Origin: a virus
Lineage: Duplodnaviria; Caudoviricetes
DNA: 64,000 bases
Strand: one strand, 5' to 3'
Virus record (IMG/VR): IMGVR_UViG_3300033121_000264
Span: 40,686 to 104,685 of that record
The position numbers and the translations under genes were made by a program. Position 1 is the first letter of the stretch, and each line of letters opens with the position of its first letter. Shown in pieces: positions 63,679 through 64,000 of the stretch. The notes under the pieces were generated by a model. The model was not told the origin of the DNA. It saw nothing but the letters and a program-made list of their open reading frames with translations, and searched no databases.

Positions 63679-64000
63679 TGTAGAACCAATTTTTGCATTT
63701 GTTTTTTGCTTTATCATTATGTTTTGGTTACTCAGTAATGGGAATGGAGATAATGTTGATAGGGAGTAGATTTACATTTGACACGGCGAAAATTTCTAGT
63801 AAAATTAGTCTATCAAACCAATTAACCCTTTGAAAGAAAACGTGAAAAGTTTACTCTTACTTGTCATTGTGGACCGATTCATCAAGTGACAAGCGTTATT
63901 ATGAAGAAGATTAATAATGGTGCTAAGTATACGTGTCGTAAGTGTCGTTCAGTAATTAAAACTAATTTGGAGACTGCAAATGGAAACTAAGATTAATATC

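Larger units (their letters stand above)
41712..63805 (+). promoter_or_regulatory. series of about 30 sigma70-type early promoters (TTGACA-N16/17-TAnAAT)
   Basis: -35 boxes at e.g. 41712, 42033, 43086, 43464, 43769, 43990, 45028, 46183, 47661, 48321, 48903, 49444, 49633, 50614, 51524, 51614, 52336, 52649, 54383, 56581, 59830, 60782, 62355, 63778, all on + strand. Confidence 0.85.

Overview
About 64 kb of a large, AT-rich tailed-phage genome (siphovirus-like; a GC-richer host such as a planctomycete is inferred, not shown). It has three blocks. (1) 1-5.9 kb (+): nucleotide-sugar genes (two SDR epimerases, HddA-like kinase, Fcl-like enzyme), an endonuclease, a putative annealing protein and a Whirly-like ssDNA-binding protein. 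(2) 5.9-41 kb (-): a complete morphogenesis module (sigma-like factor, Gmd, HNH, ERCC4 nuclease, TerL, portal, protease/scaffold, capsid, neck, tail tube, 2486-aa tape measure, Cys-rich tail-tip proteins) with homing endonucleases and a GGTGTATAAT late-promoter motif. (3) 41-64 kb (+): an early region of small ORFs, about 30 sigma70-type promoters, six tRNA genes (two atypical), tRNA-like or structured RNAs, a GP88-like protein, a GNAT and a C5 methyltransferase. The most striking feature is ten copies of a 76-bp dyad element, [TAAGTCCTT-N7-AAGGRYTTA]-N7-GGGGCRYGCCCC-N7-[same box], with an invariant 51-bp box spacing. These copies divide 41.1-53.6 kb into 1.1-1.9 kb gene cassettes, often abut stop codons and are associated with sigma54-like motifs. 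All calls come from reading motifs by eye; no searches were run.
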